Positions 52,186-64,000 are shown, counted from the stretch's first letter. The stretch: DNA of 64,000 nt from Felis catus (GCF_018350175.1 NC_058368.1:108068001-108132000), one strand, 5' to 3'. Notes: generated from the sequence alone by a model not told the origin. Made by a program: numbers and translations.

Positions 52186-52991
52186 ATCTCTCGTGTAGGA
52201 TACCTATCTAGGAAACCTTCCCTCACTGCCACTGAATAGGATTTTGTTCTTATATATACTCATGGTATGTTTTTTGGTATCTCTCAGTCTCTTTCAGTGT
52301 TGTACCTTGTATTACCCATGTTTGAATTTGTTCTGTTGGTTTTTGTTTTTTGGGGTTTTTTTCTTCTTTTCCTGCCTGACGGTATCCACCCTAGGGGCAA
52401 GATCACTGTCTGAATCATCTTTGAAGATCCTAGTAGAAGTGTTACAGATTTTCTTTGAGTCTTTAGGTGGCTACTGTGTAGTACTCCTATTTCCCACCAT
52501 TTCCAATATGCTTTAGTTCTCATTCTCAATAATGGAGATACTGACTTAGAAAGAAGAAACAAGCTTTGTAGAATCCAAAAGTCTAGTCCAGTGTCTTGAA
52601 AGAAAAAGCAAAGAAAATGAATATATAACCCTCAAGTAAAGTTACTTTAAAAGCCAACCTGTATTCTTTTGTGCAAGACAGGATTTTGTTTTCACCTGGC
52701 TATCATGGTTGCCTGTACTTACTTTACTTTGGCTATATAGCTCTGATTTGTAGTATTTTTGGAATTTGAAATTAGGAAGCCACTTATACCTTAATTCTCT
52801 TATCGCAGTGCAACTATTGTAACTAAGAACCGATGGTTTAAAAAAAACACACAAAAAAAACCTGTTTAGTTTATGCCAGAGTGTAACGTATATGCATGTG
52901 TGTTCTCATACATCTATAATTATCTATTTATCACCTATTCATGTTTATTTTAGAATTAAGAAAGAATAAAGGAGACTTTTTTGAAATATTT

Positions 52992-53313
52992 GAGCTGTCT
53001 AGTACCATAGTCACTACCTACATGCCAAAATTGAACATTTGAAACATGACTATATTCAATTCAGATGTGCTGTAAGTATCAAATATATAAACAACTTTGA
53101 AAGCTTAGTTTATTAGTTAAAAGTAAAATTTATCATTAATACAGTTTTATATTGGTTGTATGTTGAAATGACAGTATTTTTACATATTGGGTTAAACAGC
53201 ATATTATTAAAATTAATTTTATATGCTTATTTTTACTATTTTTACGTGGCTACTGGAAAGTTTGAAATTACATGTGTAGCATGCATTATATTTCTGTAAG
53301 ATAGCATTACTCT
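52992..53313. mobile_element. MER33-like hAT-Charlie MITE
   Basis: gatgtgctgtaagt...attgggttaaa...tacgtggctactggaaagtttgaaattacatgtgtagc...attatatttct. Confidence 0.8.
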
Positions 53314-53984
53314 AGTATATGCTATAATTTAGTTACTTTTACTTTAAAAACATTACAAGGAAGTTGTGAAAAAATTTCCACTCCAATAGAGGGGACAAAT
53401 TAGTTGATAGTCTGCTGTGCTGCAGGCACTGAGATTTTACATGAACTAAATTTCATTTAATTCTCCCCAAATCTTATGAGATAAGTATTGTTCCTCTTTT
53501 AAAATAGGTAGACTGGGGCTCAAAGAGTTTAAAAAATTTCCTACAAGCCCATGATCAGACACTCAACTGTCTGTCAATAAAACTTAATCGTATCTGCCTG
53601 ACTTCAGACATCATTCTCTTTTTACTAGAGAACTCTCTAAAATGCCTTTCCTTTTCAGAGACTGGCACCATATGCTACCAGAAATTCTAATACCACCCAC
53701 TGTTATGAGGTCTTACCAGCCGATTACTTCAAAATAAGATCTGATTTTCTTTTTTACCCAAATGAAAATAAAACTTAAGTCCCTCATGTGCCAAATTATC
53801 AGAGACTCCAGTCTTTTCCCATGGTTCCCCTCCCTATATAATCGTAAATAACCCAGAGTTGTTTACTAATGCCTGAGTATTGATCTATTTGTCTTGTGAA
53901 TTGACCATAGAGTGGAAACTCAGATACACTCAAGGCTGGAGGACCACCTCACATCCTGTCTAGAGAAAAGTTAATTCAGTGAAC

Positions 53985-54600
53985 AGTGGTTTTGTTTTCT
54001 ATTGCTGTGTAACAAATTACCATTAGTGGCTTAAGACAACACCCATTTATTAGCTCATATTATCTGTAGGTCAGAAGTCCAGCATGTCATTGCTGAATTC
54101 TCTGCTCACAGTATCACATGGCTGAAATCAAGGTGCCTGCAAGTCTGAGCTCTCATCGGGAGACTCTGGGAGAAAAATCTGCTTCCAAGCACATTATTGT
54201 TGTTGGCAGTGTTCATGCTCCTTGTCGATATAAGACTTAGATCCCTGTTTCCTTGCTGGCTGTCAGCCAAGGGCCATTCCCTGCTTCTAGAGACTGATTG
54301 TATTCCTTGTCATGTGCCCACCCCTTACCCTATCTTCAAGCCAGTAATGGTTCATCAAGTCTCTTTCATGAGTTCAATTTCTTTGGCTTCTCCTTCTGCC
54401 ACTAATGGTAGAAAACTCTCTGCTTTAAGGGTTCTTGTAGTGAGATGAGACTCACCCAGATTATCTTCTGTTCAGGTCAACTATGACATATAACATAACA
54501 TAATCATGGGACTATCTCATCCTAGCCACAGGTCCAGGAATGAGGGCACAGAATATTGGGGGGAGTGGGTGATCTATTTTCATCAGTCTGCCCACTATAG
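53985..54600 (-). mobile_element. MLT1E/F-type MaLR LTR
   Basis: ttttctattgctgtgtaacaaattacca...ggcttaagacaacacccatttattagctc...ggctgaaatcaaggtg. Confidence 0.8.
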
Positions 54601-54843
54601 TCCTAGGGATTATGTAGGGCATGTATGCTACCACCGTGGCAGTGGCACAGAGCAAAGTATCAGAATTCTGCCAGCTACTTAGCTTAGCCAGCCACAGGGA
54701 CAAAAGCAAGAGCTTAATTTCTTTCAGGTAGTAACATTTGCCGGGGAAGGAATGAGAATTGGACGTGAAAGATCCTGGTGTATTACCTTCCCTTTCTTCC
54801 AATTTTACCCTCAAATCTTACTCATCATGAACTTTCTTTGTGA

Positions 54844-54992
54844 GGGCTGCCTGGGTGGCTCAGTGGGTTAAGTGTCTGACTCTTGGTTTCAGCTAAGGTC
54901 GTGACTTCACAGTTCATGAGATTGAGCACCATGTTGGGGTCTGCGATGACATCATCGGAGCCTCCTTGGATTCTCTCTTTCTCTGCCCCTCC

Positions 54993-55038
<46 letters not shown>

Positions 55039-55060
55039 ATAAATAAACATTAAGAAAATT
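54844..55060 (+). mobile_element. CanSINE
   Basis: TSD ttctttgtga; (CT)n linker. Confidence 0.88.
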
Positions 55061-55886
55061 ATATATATAAAACCCTTTCTTTGTGAAAGCAACAAGTAGA
55101 TCTCTGTGTTAGGTGGAATTATAACATTTCTGACCCATCAGTTTTAAGGGCAGTGGTGTCCAGACATTTTAAGGTATGTTGGAGCTTCCATGTCCCCTCT
55201 TGCTGAAGCCCTAGGAAACCATGGAGGTGGGAGTCCCACTGGTGCCTTCTGAATGTCTTCCTAACAGGTCACTGGGGCCAATTCTGCTGGTTCCTCTCAG
55301 CCAAAGAGCCTCCTCAAGGTGCAGGGAGTAGTCCCCTCCCCCCAGCACAGTGCAGACCTCAGTCTCTCTTGGAAACCTGCCTTTTGGACTCTTTCTTTCC
55401 CCACTCTCATATGCCAACCTGCCAATACTCAGCTCAAAATCCACTGTGGCTCTTGCTCTTCTTGGGAACTCCCCTTTAACGAAATGCCAATTACTGAGGT
55501 TTTGCTTGCCCAACTTTGTGCTCTCCTAAGTGACACATCCCCTTTCTCTTTATTGCTACTGTTGTTTACTTGAGAGGTTCCTTTTAGCTGACTCATATTT
55601 TTAACATTAACAAATGTATAGAGGAAACTTTTCTCACTATTATATGGGCAAGATCTGAATTACCTGCCATATATAAGTGTTCACTGTAAGAAAAAAGAAA
55701 AGGTAATTCTTAGTTACTGGTAGTCTCTAACCTGATGTAGCAGAATTATTCTCAAAAGTCTCCTTTCTTCTTCTCTGGTTGTCCCCAGGGGCATTTTTAC
55801 TATAATTCCTAACGCTTTTTTTGTTTTATTTTTGTTTTGTTTCATATGGGGTTTTTGTTTTGAACTGAGGGGCCGTAATGCAATTA

Positions 55887-56579
55887 CAGTTGACTCTTGA
55901 ACAACACGAGTTTGAACTGTGTGGGTCCACTTATGCACGGATTGTTTTCATTAAATGCAGTACAGTACCATAATGTATTTCCCCTTCCTTCATCTTTTCT
56001 TAATAACATTTTCTTTTCTCCAGCTTACTTTATTGTAAGAATACAATGTAAATACATATATAAATACATATCACATACAAAATATGTGTTAATCAACTGT
56101 TTATGTTATAGGTAATGATGTGAAATGTTGCGTTTGGGAACGAATGGTCAAGAAAGAATTCTTGAGACATCTTCGGTGCAAAAAAGGTGGTTCTATTAAA
56201 ACATGGGGACAGGACCCACGGGCAGAAAGAGCTGCACTGGGAGGGGCTAGCTGTTGTTAGAAGGTCATTTATTACTGTCTAGTAAAACCTTAGTTGTGAG
56301 ACCTTTCACATGTACATCATTGGGCCATATGTTTGAAGGATGATTGCCAACATATATATCTTGAGGGATGCCTGGGTGGCTCAGTTGGATAAACGTCTGA
56401 CTTTGGCTCAGTTCATGATCTTGCAGTTTGTGGGTTTGAGCCTTGCGACAGGCTTTGGGCTGATGGCTCAGAGCCTGGAGTCTGCCTCAGATTCTGTCTC
56501 CCTCTCTTTCTGCCCCTTCCCCACTTATGCTCTCTCTCTCAAAAATAAACAAACATCAACACATATATATATATGTTAA

Positions 56580-56620
<41 letters not shown>

Positions 56621-56981
56621 GTCTATATCTGGGGGTGGGTGTAGAGATAAAGGAAGTTTCCAAAGGGATTTTTATATGTTAAAGGAGATATACAGGATCC
56701 TGGAGGCTGGGATAATGTCAAGCTGAAGTTGCCTTTTGCCTTTAGCAAAGTATTAACAACGAGGCAGCTAATCTTCTTGAGGAAGGTCACTCTGTCTATC
56801 TCAAGTCCTTGTCACTGGGCTGTAAGATGTAAGGAAGTTAAATTTTTTTTCTTTTGTCTTTGTTCTCCACATCAAGACTTCTTGTCAACAGTAGGCTATT
56901 AGTTCATTTTGGGGAGAATCAAAAGTTAAATGTGGATTTTCAAGTATGCCTCTAACCCCCGCGTTGTTTAAGGGTCAACTG
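55887..56981. mobile_element. Tigger1a-type MITE containing a carnivore ERV solo LTR (56116-56874), which contains a SINE (56364-56555) and (TATC)n
   Basis: Tigger TIRs cagttgactcttgaacaacacg...cgcgttgtttaagggtcaactg with TA TSDs; LTR termini TGATGTG...CACATCA. Confidence 0.85.
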
Positions 56982-58037
56982 TACATCTCAGGCTGTGTTG
57001 AAGATGCATGTGCCCCAAACTACCTCTCCCCGTTCTCACCCCCTCCATCCCTGCTGCTGTTAAGCATATCACCTAAAATCATACCTCATACCACCAGAGG
57101 TATGCAATCCACAATTTAGAAAACACTGATATGACTCCCTCTTTCCCAGAGACCCACCTTGAATTCCTTCCCTCTAAGAAACCTTTTCTGACAATACAGA
57201 CCTCAGTGATCTCCTCAACTACATTCATAAGGGTACTGTGTCTAATTATTCAAATGTTGCTGTGTGACATTTCATTAAGGACAAAGACCATGCTTTAGAC
57301 TAAGTTTTCCCACAGCACTTGGTATGCTACCTGGCAAACAGCAGGCATTCAATGAATATTTGTGGTTTGATGATCAGCAAGGAGCAGCTCTGGGTAAAAG
57401 TGTGAAGCCAAGTTTGTCTCAGGTTCTTCTACCTTTGGCTGCTTCAGTCACAGAAAGGGCCATGGATCATGATCCTTCTCTGAATTGGTAAGGTTCCCTT
57501 TTCTCAGTAAGTTCCAGGTGGTTCCCAATTTTTCTCAGTCTCCCCAAGTCCCACTTCATGTGCTCTGTGTCTCATTATCTTGTTGACTATTAGCTAAGAT
57601 ATTTGGTGTTTGCTACTAGATCTTATGCAGCTTAGCTGTGTCTTATACAATTTTTTTGTATCTTCTATCACATCAAAGACAGACCATGGGTACATATAGC
57701 TATTTATTTTATCAAGAAATGAATATGTGTTATATATTGTTTGTGTCTTGGAGTAGTTCTGTTATGTCTTTAGGGAAAAAATATGAAATCACCAAACTAA
57801 TCGATGTTAACACTGGTCAAGGGAATTTACTAAGTTTATTAACAAGTATGCAAACGCTCTGTGGTTTTGACTTGGAGTAATAAAAATGAGATCTTCCTTC
57901 TATCTCTCCCCCTTCATTTGGTCCACTTGGCCAATTCAAATGTTTCTTTCAAGGAGCAATGTAAGTCTTTAGAGCTTTACACACAACTGATGGTTCCTTC
58001 CCTGTATTCTGAGCGTGTCGTCATACGTACTTCTAGT

Positions 58038-58158
58038 TAGGGGTGACCACATAATTTATTGTCCAAACTTGGACACATTGAGAATGAAAGGAGGCACAAA
58101 TAACTAGTAAGCCAGGATGAAAGGTGTTCCTGACAAACTAGGAAGTATGGTTATACTA
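58038..58158. mobile_element. MER94/MER81-like hAT-Blackjack MITE
   Basis: taggggtgaccacataatttattgtccaaac...gtatggttatacta. Confidence 0.7.
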
Positions 58159-58429
58159 CTTTGAAAGTAGTTATTTGCTTACTGTATGTCGTTGAACCGT
58201 AAAGCTGTTCTAAGTCTGAGCCTTATTTCTCTTAGCTTCCTTTGTTATCAAGCACTGTACCTGGCACATAGTGGTGGTAGAAGAAATGTGAGTGCCTCTT
58301 TAATAATGTTCATTTAATTGCATATTATACTATCTTGATGTAGAACTCAAACCATCCCATTTGGTGCCAATTATGAGACATTTTCTCAGTATAAAAATAT
58401 AGGGCAATGAGCTTAATTATATGCTTGCG

Positions 58430-58640
58430 TAATGATAATAGCTAGCATTTACCAGCACTTGGCATGTGTAAGGCCCAAGGCTAAGAACTTTGGTTGAGTT
58501 CTCTCATGGATTTCTCACAGCGATTCTTGGAGGTAAGTACTACTATGGTCCCATTAAATTAGAAGAAAGGATGAGTTTAGAAAGATTAAGAACCTTGCTC
58601 AGGGTCATCCACCTTATTTTATAGTAGAGTTTGAACTACA
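58430..58640 (-). mobile_element. MIR
   Basis: ataatagctagcatttac...ggtaagtactactatggtcccatt...attaagaaccttgctcagggtca. Confidence 0.75.
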
Positions 58641-59623
58641 GACTAGAGTGTAGACGATAGTGTAGTAGTAATATAGTGCAGTGTAGACTGTAGTCTCCTA
58701 TATGTGAGAAATAGCTGGTATCAAATTTTGGAAAGTAATTTAAAAATATTAATACCATACTTTTAGAAAAACTTCCTGTGTTTACATGTTTAAAGGTATT
58801 TAACTAATTACAGACTGCAGAAACAAGTCAATGTGGCAGCTGTGAGGTCATGAGTAGTGATAGACAAACACATTCTTGCTGTTCTTTGCGTTAACGTTTC
58901 CATTTGTTATGGCACAAATATACTGTTAGTTTTGTTGAGGTCATTTTCTTTTCTATGAACTATTAAGTGTGCAAAACAGTTCGTACTACAACAAAACTGT
59001 TGTAGTACAATGGTTGGGTTTATTTTAGCAGAGTTTTCAGTGTATGTTATGTAGATAAAGCATGAACAGTGTCTATATTCTACCTGTTCTTTGGAGTAAG
59101 ATTTTACTTGGTAACAATTTTAAGGACAGTAGAGATGCATCACAATATTAACCCTAATAAAATTATTTAGTATTATTGTAATTACAAGCCATGTTTTGAC
59201 ATTGATGAAACACATTATCAGTGGTTTTTAAACAAAAGGAGTCCATTTAATTCTATAAAAAAAAGCTAAACTATAAGGATAATTGTAGCTTTAAATTGTT
59301 TTAAATCATAAGAGATAAATACATACAGAGAATATGCTATAAATATAATACCAGATAATTTCACACACAGACTTTCATACAGAAGGTATCTTTTAAGAAT
59401 TGTATTCTTAATTGATTTTCTTTTTCTATTGACAAGAGGGGTGTATGAATAGCTGTAGCAACTGAAATTGGATATTATCAGGGTAATCAATTGCATGTGA
59501 TGTGTTATAAACATAATATGGGAAACTTGAAAATGAATGTTTACATAATGAATATTAACCTTTATGAATAAATGATAGGAAATGTTACTATTTAAGACAT
59601 TCACACAAAATGATTACATTTGT

Positions 59624-61353
59624 GGGGTACCTGGCTGGCCCAGTTGGAAGAGCATGGGACTTTTGATCTTAGGGTTATGAGTTTGAGCCCCACATGGGGT
59701 ATAGAGATTACTTAAATAAAGCTCAAAAAAAAAAAAAAACCACCTACATTTGCTATAATTCAGGAATTTTCTGTTTTTTTGTGTGTTTTTTTAGCATCCC
59801 ACATTAAAAGAAATTTTTTTTAATGTTTATTTTTGAGACAGAGAGAGACAGAGTGTGAGCAGGAGAGGGGCAGAGAGAGACGGAGACAGAATCCAAAGCA
59901 GGCTCCAGGCTCTGAGCTGTCAGCGCAGAGCCCGATGCGGGGGCTCAAATTCACGAACCGTGAGATCACGACCTGCGCCGAAGTGGGACGCTTAACTGAC
60001 TGAGCCACCCAGGCGCCCCTAGCATCCCACATTTTAAAAAATTTTTGAGACAATTATAGATTCACATTCAGTTAGAGGAACTTCCTGGGTTTTTTGTCCT
60101 GGGAAATTTTTAGAATTAATATGCCTTTGAATTTCAGGCCAGAAAGCTTTCTGTAGCTTAACAAGTTATTCCTACTTAGTGAAATAGGATACCAGTATAT
60201 CAGTGGGTAGAAAAACTGCATTAAATGGCAAGTTTTCACTGCACTCAGGTAACTACAAAAAAAAATGCTTAAATTATAACGTAGATAAGGATCTATGGTT
60301 AACTGAGAAATTGGGACAAGAGCGAATTTTAAAAAAACTGGGTTATTTTTTTTTCTTTGAGCTTTTTATCATTTCGGGATTTAAAAATCTTTTTTTTTCA
60401 CTTACTTTAGGCAGTGGAATACATCAGCTGAACAAAACTAAATTTCATCTTGTATTGGAGAAGATGGACTTTAAAAGATAATCATACAGCGCACCTGTGT
60501 GGCTCATTCGGTTGAGCATCGCACTCTTGGGTTCGGCTCAGGTCATGATCTCATCCTTTGTGAGTTGAGCCTGGCATTGGGCTCTGTGCTGACAGCGAGA
60601 ACCTGTTTGGGATTCTCTCTCTCCCTCTCTCTCTGCCCCTTCCCTGCTCACTCTCTCTCTCTCAAAATAAATAAATACACTTAAAAATATATTAAAAATA
60701 AAAAATAAACTGTCATGGAAAGAAAAGAAAAAGAGCAAGTTAGGAAGGAATGAGAGTTGGGGTTGGGGAAGTTGCAATATATTTTATTTTTTAACATTTA
60801 TTTATTTTAGAGAGAGAGAGAGAGAGAGTGCTAGCAGGGGAGGGGCAGAGAGAGAGAGGGAGACACAGAATGTGAAGCAGGCTCTAGGCTCTGAGCTCTC
60901 AGCACATGGCCCCATGCAGGGCTCAAACTCACAAAACCCATGGTCATGGCCTGAGTGGTTGTGGGAGGCTTGACCAACTGAGCCACACAGGCACCCTGGG
61001 GTGGTTGCAATTTTAAATAGCATGGTCAGGCTAAGCATCGCAGTTAGGGTGAGATTTGAGCAAGGAGTTAAAAGAGGGAAAGTAGACACAGGAAAAATGT
61101 TCCCGGCAGAAGGAATGACTCTCGCAAAGGCCCTAAGTAGTAGTCTGTCAGGAACATTCAAGCAACAAAGGATGGAGGATGGTTGGAGCTGGAGTGGGAG
61201 AGGTGAGGGGCAAAGGCAAACCAAGGGCTTTGTAGGTCGCCATAAAGACCTTAGCTTTTACGGACAGTGAAAGAGAGCTACTGGAAGATTTTGACCAGAT
61301 AAGCCAGGAGCTGACTTTTAAGAGAGTATTCTTTTTTGAAGTGTTTATTTATT

Positions 61354-61416
<63 letters not shown>

Positions 61417-61580
61417 AAACATGGGAGGGGCAGGGAGTGGGCGGGGCGGGTGACAGAAGATCCAAAGCAGGCTCCACGTGGACAGCGGAGAGCCTAGTGC
61501 GGGGCTGGAAGTCACAAACTCCAAGATCAGGACCTGAGCCAAAGTGGTATGCTTAACCCACTGAGCCACACGGGCATCCC
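59624..61580. mobile_element. Five CanSINEs (59624-59738 +; 59805-60019 -; 60488-60705 +; 60780-60996 -; 61335-61580 -), the last two inside an L2 fragment (about 60720-61850)
   Basis: TSDs tagcatcccacatt, gttgcaat and aagagagtattcttt; L2 motifs ccataaagaccttagcttt and gccaaggactcc. Confidence 0.85.
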
Positions 61581-62239
61581 AAGAGAGTATTCTTTATTCT
61601 GGTTGTTGTTCTGACAAGGGACTGAGTGAATGGTGGGCAGGGAGACCATTTAGCAGGCCACTGAAGTATGATCCAGACAAGAGAAAATGGAAATAATGCA
61701 GGTGATGAGCAGTCTAATTCTGATTCATTTTGAGGGTACAACTAGCAGGCTTGCTCGAAGGCTTGGAGGTGAAGATGAGAGAAGGAAAGGAGCCAAGGAC
61801 TCCACAAAGTATTTGTTCGGAGCAACTACCTAGAAGGACCGTGGCTAGGTCTTGAACTGCTTTTTGAGCAAGGGAGAAATATACATTTAGAAAAAAACCC
61901 CACTAATATTGCACGAATATAATCCATCTAGGTGGAGAAGACGTGTGTATTATATGATATTCCAAGTGCGGTAGGCCTGAAAAGTTACTGTAGTCATTTT
62001 GGTGGAATGTTGGCTGCTCGATGGGCACTCTTAGGTGTGTCTGATTTCTGGGGTATATAAAATGTACAGCTAAATAAGACTCAGAGATCCAGGACACGAG
62101 TACGTTCACACTTTTCAAATGTCAGGTGGAAGTTCTAGGCCGTAAAAGCCAGTTAGTTGATGACAGATTCAAGGATTCCGACGTTAAGAAAAAGCTGTGG
62201 TCCAGGGATTTGATTTCGGGGTATCTGTCTCTCGAACAC

Positions 62240-63460
62240 TTCCAACCGACAAGCGGTGCCAAGGCTCAGCGCCGACCCCGGCCAGCCTGGCAGCGCTCGC
62301 GGTCGCACTTCGAGTGCAGGCACCTCCCCTCCGCGCGGTCCAGGGAGGGGGCGCGAGCCACCGTTGCCAATCCCCCGGCGCAGGGCGAGGAGGGGCTGTC
62401 GTCCGCTCCCACCCAGACCTGGTCGCCATCTTCCGGCACGTCCTTTCCCGCGCGGGCTCCAGCCCCCGCTCTCGGCCCTTGTCTCTCCTTGGACGGGGCT
62501 TCCCAACGCGCGCAGCTGCTGCCGCTGCGCGTCGTGGGGGTCGCGGGCTGAGTCCAACGCCCAGGCGGGGCAAGGGGTGGGGCCGGCGCGGCGGCAGCTG
62601 CGCGGCGGCGCAGTCTTCCCTCGCTCCTCGGAGCGCGCGCCGCCTCTCGCTCCGCCCGCGCGCGAGCCTGGGCGGGGAGGGAGGGGCCAGGAAGCGGCGA
62701 GCGCGCCGGGGAGCGCAGCTGCGGGCGTGGGGGTGGCAGGAGCCGCGGAGCCGGCACCGAGAGCGGCTGCGGCCGGAGCGGGCGGCAGAGACAAAGGCGA
62801 CGGTGAGTGCAGCGCCGGTCCGGGGCGAGCGCCGGCCCCCACCCCTCGCCCTCGCGGCCTCCTGGGCGGGGGCCCGCAGCCTCGAACCCCCGTCGCCACG
62901 GGCTCGGTGGGGAGCGCGGCCCGGCCCTACCCCCCGCGCGCTGCGGGCTGTGGGCTGAGCCTGCGGCTCCATTTTCAGGTCTGGGCGAGGTCTTCCTGCG
63001 GACCCTGCCTTTGGTTTTTCTTCCCTTTCCTTCTGAGAAATGGTTACATGCTCAGTTCAAAATTCACGACAGGCGGGCGGCTGAGGGAGCCAACCGCCCG
63101 CCTGATGTAAAATGGAAATGAAAAGACCCCCCCCTCCCCCCCAACTTTGCAGGTTTGGAGTCTGGAGGAAGGCGCGAGGGGGTGGGCGGAGAAGGTCGGG
63201 GTCTTCCAGGTGAGAGTTGGGGGGGCGGGGAGCCCCCCCCCCCAGCCTCCGGAGCCCCGACTCTCGCCTGAGGCGTGCGGCGCGTTCAGCCCGCGTGTCT
63301 CGCCGCGGTTCTCTTTGGGCCCCGGAGAGAAAGCCCTGACTGACCACCTCCTCGGAGAAGCTCGTGTTACTCTTACAGGTTGTCTTACCGAGCGCTTGCT
63401 GCTTTAGTTGTGATTTTTGGTAACGGGTGTGGTAGGTAGCGGCTCGCTGATGCCGCATTC
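62240..63460. promoter_or_regulatory. CDC42SE2: CpG island / promoter, probably of CDC42SE2
   Basis: Abrupt switch to very GC- and CpG-rich non-repeat sequence with GC boxes (GGGCGG), a YY1 motif CGCCATCTT at 62424 and ETS CTTCCGG at 62430. Gene identity is inferred from synteny downstream of LYRM7. Confidence 0.85.
62650..62802 (+). other. CDC42SE2: Non-coding first exon (5' UTR), probably CDC42SE2; start approximate
   Basis: Strong donor ACG|GTGAGT (GT at 62803-62804) inside the CpG island, with no ATG in the exon. Identity rests on synteny. Confidence 0.7.
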
Positions 63461-64000
63461 ATAGCTGAAAAGGAGCCCCGATGGCCTGACTTCATGTGTA
63501 CTTGAAACAACATTGGGATTTCTCTTTAGCTGCTGTAACTGTAGATGATAAGCTTCTGTACGGGAATTTGGTGCTGAGGTTCAGTTCACAGAATTGACAC
63601 ATTTTGTTAAGGTGCCTGGCTTATAGTAGGTGCTCAGTAAAGTATTTGAATGAATGAGCGAATCTTGAAACCTCGAAACTGATTTCAGAGCTAGTAAAAT
63701 TTAGGTATACAACCCTCTTGACTCGAGGAAAAACCGTTGGCAGACAACATGTAGTTTTTCTTTATATTCGTGTTTCTTGCTTTTCCCCAACGTATATATA
63801 GTGTTGATAATCAGTTTTCCATGTTGCAAGTGTAGAAAATATGGTTGAAATGTGGAAGTTTTCATTTTGAGGGAAGTTGGTAGACATTTTCTGTTATTTA
63901 AAAACAAGTGCTATTTCTGATTTTCTTCTGAAAGAGCGAAGAAATTAAAGAAGTGGATTGTATTTTGTTTTTTTGAGACTCCCCCCACATTCTCTTTCCT

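Noticed and set aside
167..61569. Recurrent ORF family (…WVAQSVKRPTSAQVMIS…SLEPASDSVSPSLS…KNK) resembling a multigene family
   Set aside because: These are translations of CanSINE copies, with TSDs and A tails.
133..61580. tRNA-like A/B-box sequences (tggctcagtcggttaagc...gttcgagccc)
   Set aside because: These are tRNA-derived SINE heads that continue into SINE bodies; none reads as a stand-alone tRNA gene.
62126..63458. Long overlapping ORFs (133-284 aa) on both strands
   Set aside because: Low-complexity Ala/Arg/Gly/Pro frames open in nearly all phases because GC-rich DNA lacks stop codons. They have no recognisable domain and cross a splice donor.
62803..64000. CDC42SE2 coding sequence (CRIB domain)
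   Set aside because: No CRIB-like peptide was seen. Coding exons would lie beyond the window, so the gene assignment rests on synteny only.

Overview
Mammalian nuclear DNA, almost certainly from a felid: it carries about 50 CanSINE (SINEC_Fc-type) copies, including the very young CpG-rich feline subfamily. The only protein-coding sequence I can support is the last coding exon of LYRM7 (5728-5798, +; ...[22 protein letters not shown]), which the ORF track misses, followed by its 3' UTR. About 55 kb of repeat-dense intergenic DNA follows (SINEs, L1, L2, MIR, MaLR/ERVL LTRs, a decayed ERVL pro/pol relic, Tigger and hAT MITEs, several nested insertions). The window ends in a CpG island with a non-coding first exon (donor at 62803), assigned to CDC42SE2 from the recalled mammalian gene order HINT1-LYRM7-CDC42SE2. 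The listed ORFs appear to be repeat-derived or chance frames. I found no evidence of a new multi-gene system. The best leads are a candidate PU.1/ETS/RUNX upstream promoter-exon at about 51.4-51.6 kb, candidate cryptic exons, an unassigned 24-bp-stem hairpin at 23.5 kb, a promoter G-quadruplex and the ERVL fossil. Repeat subfamily names come from recall of consensus sequences, and repeat boundaries are approximate.
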